This document shows, piece after piece, positions 60,249-64,000 of a DNA stretch of 64,000 bases. Both the position numbers and the translations under genes were made by a program. Source of the stretch: Solirubrobacteraceae bacterium (lineage in GTDB: Bacteria > Actinomycetota > Thermoleophilia > Solirubrobacterales > Solirubrobacteraceae); NCBI GenBank assembly GCA_035524415.1, contig DATKOY010000178.1:7204-71203 (forward strand), given 5' to 3'. Under the pieces are notes generated by a model. The model was given only the letters and a program-made list of their open reading frames with translations, did not search any database and was not told the DNA's origin. Numbering within the stretch: position 1 is the stretch's first letter; each line of letters opens with the position of its first letter.

Positions 60249-62329
60249 GACGCCACCCGCGCCGGGGCGAGGATCGCGGCGTCGACTGCGACGGCGCCCG
60301 TGGGCCCGACCAACACGGGATTGCACTCGATCAGCGCCAGACCCTGTTCGATCAGGACTTCGCCCAGCCGCGCCGCGAGCCCCGCGACGCCGACGACGTC
60401 GACCCGTGGGCGGCCGCGCCCTCCGTCGAGCACGGCCGCGGCGCGCAGGCCCCGAAGCGCCCGCTCGATCCGCGCCGCGCCCGCGGGCAGCGGCACGACC
60501 GCGACGTCGTCGAGCAGCTCCGTCCAGAGGCCGCCGAGCCCGAGCACGAGCGCCGGCACGATCCCGTCGGTCCGCGCCGCGATCAGGAGCTCGACGCCGG
60601 GTTGCGCCATCCGCTCGACGAGCACCTCGCCGTCGGTGACCCCGCGCAGACGCCGGTATGCCGCCCGCACCAGCTCCGCCGTCGTGAGACCCAGCTCGAC
60701 GGCCCCGAGCTCGGACTTGTGCTGGATGCTCGCCGCGCACAGCTTCAGCGCAACGTGCCCGCCGAACTCCTCGAGCGCCGCACACGCCTCGTCCTCGTCG
60801 GCAACCACACGACCCTCGACGACGCTCAGACCGGCTGCGGCGAGCAGCCGCTTGGCCTCGTGCTCGGGCAGCCACTCGAGCGGGCCCGCGGGCAGGCCGG
60901 CGCTGTGCGCGGCGGTCGCGCCGATCGCCCGCAGCCGCGCGGGATCCCCAGCCCGGGGAGACATCGCAGCCGCGGCGCACGCCATGCCCGTCCGCAGGCC
61001 GGCCGCAGCCGGCACACCCGCCTCGATGAACCGCCAGGCCGATTCGTCGTCGAGCAACTCCGGCAGCGTCGATGAGACGAGCGTGCTGACGGGGCTGCGC
61101 GCAGCCCCATCGATGATCCCGTCGCGGACCGCACGCCAGGACTCTTCGACCGCTCCCTGAAGACCGGCGGGCTCGTCGTAGAACACGAGCAGCTGGTCGA
61201 CCGCCGGGTCCTCGCCGACCGTCTGGACGAGCTCGCTCAGGGCCGAGCGCTCGCCCCAGATCATCGCGGTGTAGTCGAGCGGGTTCGCGACGGTCGCCGC
61301 GGATGGCAGGAGCTCGCGCAGGCGCTCGCACGTCGCGGGCGTGAGCTCGGGCAGCTCGAGGCCGCAGTGCACCGCTTCGTCGGCGCCCTGCGCGGAGTCC
61401 CCGCCCGAGCACGTCATGATCGCCAGGCCACGCCCGCGGGCGGGCGCCCGCGGCACGGCAAGCGTCTTGGCGAGCTCGAGCAGCTCGTGTACGTCCTGCG
61501 CCCACACCGCGCCGGCTTCGGTGACGAGGCTCCGGAACACGCGTTGATCGCCCGCCAGCGCCGCGCTGTGGGCGGCCGCCGCGCGGGCACCCGCCGGCGA
61601 GCTGCCGACCTTGAGCACGACGACCGCGATGTCGTTCTCCGCACATGCGGCGAGGCCGTCGCACAGGCGGGCCCCGCCGTCGTCCTCGAGATACAGCGCG
61701 ATCGCGCGCACGCCGTCCTGCGTCGCGAGGTGCTCGAGGTAGTCCGCCGCCGACACGACCGCCTGGTTACCGCTCGCGACGACCGTGTGAAAGCGCAGCC
61801 CGCGGCGGGTGGCGAGCGCGTTGACCGCGACGTTCCCGCTCTGGGAGACGAGTGCGACCGACCCCGGCTCGCGCGGGGTGAAGGCATCGCCCCACAGCAC
61901 GAAGCGGCCGGGCATCGAGACGATCCCGTTGCAGTTCGGGCCGCACACCGGGAACGCATGCCGCTCGGCGGCCTGCACAAGCTCGCGCTGCAGGTCCGCG
62001 CCGGTGCTGACTTCCGCAAACCCGGCGCTGAACACGACCGCGCCGCCGCAGCCGCGCGCGCCGGCCTGCGCGATCACCGCTGGCACGGCCGGGGCCGGGA
62101 TCGCGACGATCACCGCATCAGCCGGCTCGGGCAGGTCGTCGACCGTCGGCACGCACGGGCGGCCGAGCGCCTCGGTGCGGTTCGGATTGACGCCCCACAC
62201 CTCGCCGCGGTAGCCGATCGCGTCGAGGTTGATCAGCGCCTGCGATGCGTAGCTGCCGGGACGGTCGTTCGCGCCGACGACGGCGATCGAGCGCGGTGCG
62301 AACAGCCGCTGGAGATCGGACCCGCTCAA
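60236..62329 (-). CDS. ADP-forming acyl-CoA synthetase (acetate-CoA ligase family, fused alpha-beta)
   Basis: LFAPRSIAVVGA, GPNCNG, SQSG, AAHSAALAG, NPLD, HKSELG, ECNP; TTG start overlaps upstream stop. Confidence 0.9.
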   Translation of the reverse strand: MSGSDLQRLFAPRSIAVVGANDRPGSYASQALINLDAIGYRGEVWGVNPNRTEALGRPCVPTVDDLPEPADAVIVAIPAPAVPAVIAQAGARGCGGAVVFSAGFAEVSTGADLQRELVQAAERHAFPVCGPNCNGIVSMPGRFVLWGDAFTPREPGSVALVSQSGNVAVNALATRRGLRFHTVVASGNQAVVSAADYLEHLATQDGVRAIALYLEDDGGARLCDGLAACAENDIAVVVLKVGSSPAGARAAAAHSAALAGDQRVFRSLVTEAGAVWAQDVHELLELAKTLAVPRAPARGRGLAIMTCSGGDSAQGADEAVHCGLELPELTPATCERLRELLPSAATVANPLDYTAMIWGERSALSELVQTVGEDPAVDQLLVFYDEPAGLQGAVEESWRAVRDGIIDGAARSPVSTLVSSTLPELLDDESAWRFIEAGVPAAAGLRTGMACAAAAMSPRAGDPARLRAIGATAAHSAGLPAGPLEWLPEHEAKRLLAAAGLSVVEGRVVADEDEACAALEEFGGHVALKLCAASIQHKSELGAVELGLTTAELVRAAYRRLRGVTDGEVLVERMAQPGVELLIAARTDGIVPALVLGLGGLWTELLDDVAVVPLPAGAARIERALRGLRAAAVLDGGRGRPRVDVVGVAGLAARLGEVLIEQGLALIECNPVLVGPTGAVAVDAAILAPARVASCTT

Positions 62330-63522
62330 TGGATCGTCGCTTCGACCCCGCGGCGCTCGAGCGCGCGCGAGATGATCAGGCGCTGGATCTCGCTCGTGCC
62401 CTCCCAGATCCGGTCCACCCGGAGCTCGCGCTGGAAGCGCTCGGCGACGTTGCTGCGCAGATACCCGCGCCCGCCGAATGCCTGCACCGCGCGGTCCGCA
62501 CAGCGGCCGGCGGCTTCTGAGACGAACAGCTTCGCCATCGACGCCTTCGCGTGGATCAGCTTGACGTCGGCGCCGGTGTCGACCATCCGCGCGACCTGCA
62601 GCGCGAGCAGCCGTCCGAGCGTCGCGTCGGTCGCGGAATCGGCGAGCGGGAAGGAGATCCCCTGGTAGTCCATGATCCGCCGTCCGCCCTGGACGCGGTT
62701 CAGCGCCCACGCGGTCGTCTCCTCGAGCAGGCGCCACATCGCGCCGAGGCCGTGGGTGGCGATCCCGAGGCGCTCCTCGGTGAACCATGCGCGCTGCAGC
62801 TCCTCGCCGTTGCCGACGCCGCCGATCACGGCGTCCGGCCCGACTTCCACCTCGGTGAAGCGGATCGTCGGATGACCGTGGGGGTAGTTGTGCGTGAACT
62901 TCGGGTCATCGATGAAGTCCACTCCGGGGGTCGAGGGCTCGACCAGGAACAGGGTCGGCAGGCGGTCGGATCCGTCGACCACGTTCGCCATCACGATCAG
63001 CACCCGGGCGACGTCGCCCGAGGTGACGAACCACTTCTCGCCGTTGATCCGCCAGCCGCCGTCGCTGCGCTCAGCGGCCGTCGCGATCCCGCCCGGATCC
63101 GAACCGGCCTCTGCCTCGGTGACCGCGTATGCGTCGCCGCCGTGCCCGTGGAGCGCCGGGACGAGGTAGCGCTCGATCTGCTCCGGCGTCCCCTGGACGA
63201 GGACGTTGTATGCGCTCGGGACATGCCAGTGCAGCCCGTTGGTGACGCGGCCGAACTGCTCGTTGACGAGGAACCAGTCGAGCATCGACCAGCCCTGACC
63301 TCCGTACTCGGGCGCGAACCGCCCGCCGTTCAGCCGCGCGGCGATCGCCTCGCGCTTGATCTCGTCGATCGTCGTCTCGGGCAGGCGGCCACCCCGTTCC
63401 TCGGCCTCGAGCTCGAGCGGCATCAGCACGTTCTCGACGAACTCGCGCGCTCGGCGCTGGAGCTCGAGCTGATCTGCTGTCAGTTCATCACTCGTGGTTG
63501 CCGGGGAGGCCGTTGTGCTCAT
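62326..63522 (-). CDS. Acyl-CoA dehydrogenase
   Basis: AVTEAEAGSD, INGEKWFVT, QAFGGRGY, RIWEGTSEIQR. Confidence 0.93.
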   Translation of the reverse strand: MSTTASPATTSDELTADQLELQRRAREFVENVLMPLELEAEERGGRLPETTIDEIKREAIAARLNGGRFAPEYGGQGWSMLDWFLVNEQFGRVTNGLHWHVPSAYNVLVQGTPEQIERYLVPALHGHGGDAYAVTEAEAGSDPGGIATAAERSDGGWRINGEKWFVTSGDVARVLIVMANVVDGSDRLPTLFLVEPSTPGVDFIDDPKFTHNYPHGHPTIRFTEVEVGPDAVIGGVGNGEELQRAWFTEERLGIATHGLGAMWRLLEETTAWALNRVQGGRRIMDYQGISFPLADSATDATLGRLLALQVARMVDTGADVKLIHAKASMAKLFVSEAAGRCADRAVQAFGGRGYLRSNVAERFQRELRVDRIWEGTSEIQRLIISRALERRGVEATIH

Positions 63523-63898
63523 GGGCGTCCTTTGCGGTGGTGGGTTGGGGGAGTCGGGCGAGGCGGGCGCGGTCGGCCGCGGTCCGCTCGGCGGCGCGAC
63601 CGGGCAGGCCGAGCAGCAGGTTGTGGTGGTTGAAGATGACGGTCCTCGCGCGCTCCCGGGCACGAACCACCTCGGGGTCGCTCATCTGTGCGGTCGCGTC
63701 GATCAGCTCGACGACGCCGTGCAGGTAGGCGAGCCACTGGCGCTCGGAGCCGTGGAGGATCAGATGCTCGATTCGGGCCTGCTCCTCGGCGATCGCGTGA
63801 GCGGGCGGCCGCGTCCCGCGGGTCAACGTCGCGACGGCGCCGGGAAGCTCGCGCTCGGGCTCCGGCGTCACCGACAGCCACGAGGCGCGCTTGACCAC
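63488..63898 (-). CDS. Hypothetical protein
   Basis: Helical-looking 136 aa ORF leading the operon; TAGTCT -10-like hexamer just upstream of GTG. Confidence 0.6.
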   Translation of the reverse strand: MVKRASWLSVTPEPERELPGAVATLTRGTRPPAHAIAEEQARIEHLILHGSERQWLAYLHGVVELIDATAQMSDPEVVRARERARTVIFNHHNLLLGLPGRAAERTAADRARLARLPQPTTAKDAHEHNGLPGNHE

Positions 63899-63944
63899 GC
63901 GCCTAGACTAACAGCAACTGATCACAAAGTCAGGATTGGGAGAG

Positions 63945-64000
63945 ATGACGGCACTCATTACGGCTGACCCCGCCTCGGGCACCGCGCTCGAGCCGCGCTT
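63945..64000 (+). CDS. Start of a divergent gene, partial, product unknown
   Basis: GGGAGAG then ATG ACG GCA CTC; open to window end. Confidence 0.45.
   Translation, partial: MTALITADPASGTALEPR

Overview
High-GC actinobacterial chromosome segment. Gene order and protein styles suggest Thermoleophilia/Solirubrobacterales (inference, not a database result). Most of it is housekeeping: a nucleotide-sugar operon, the full atp operon, the rpmE-prfA-prmC-tsaC-glyA-wecA block, etfBA-ETF:QO, thiolase, pepA, meaB, uppP, ggt, parA-ftsZ and an acyl-CoA/amine-oxidase cluster. Five things stand out. (1) A tightly coupled Mau-like operon (MauE-like, 18-Cys Tat substrate, MauD-like thioredoxin, MauF-like membrane protein, small unknown protein) whose MauF-like gene has an in-frame TGA in a W-S-P-(C/U)-G motif followed by SECIS-like hairpins, i.e. 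a probable selenoprotein missed by the ORF track. (2) An ftsZ with a ~155-aa N-terminal extension, coupled to an orphan parA outside any dcw cluster. (3) A 476-aa LAGLIDADG intein just before the catalytic Cys of the UDP-glucose/GDP-mannose dehydrogenase. (4) Two copies of a nested-palindrome intergenic element 33 kb apart. (5) A cluster resembling the mycobacterial MGLP genes Rv3030/3031/3034c/3038c. I found no rRNA, tRNA, CRISPR array or transposase. All family calls come from motif recognition by eye; several start sites were re-called by hand.
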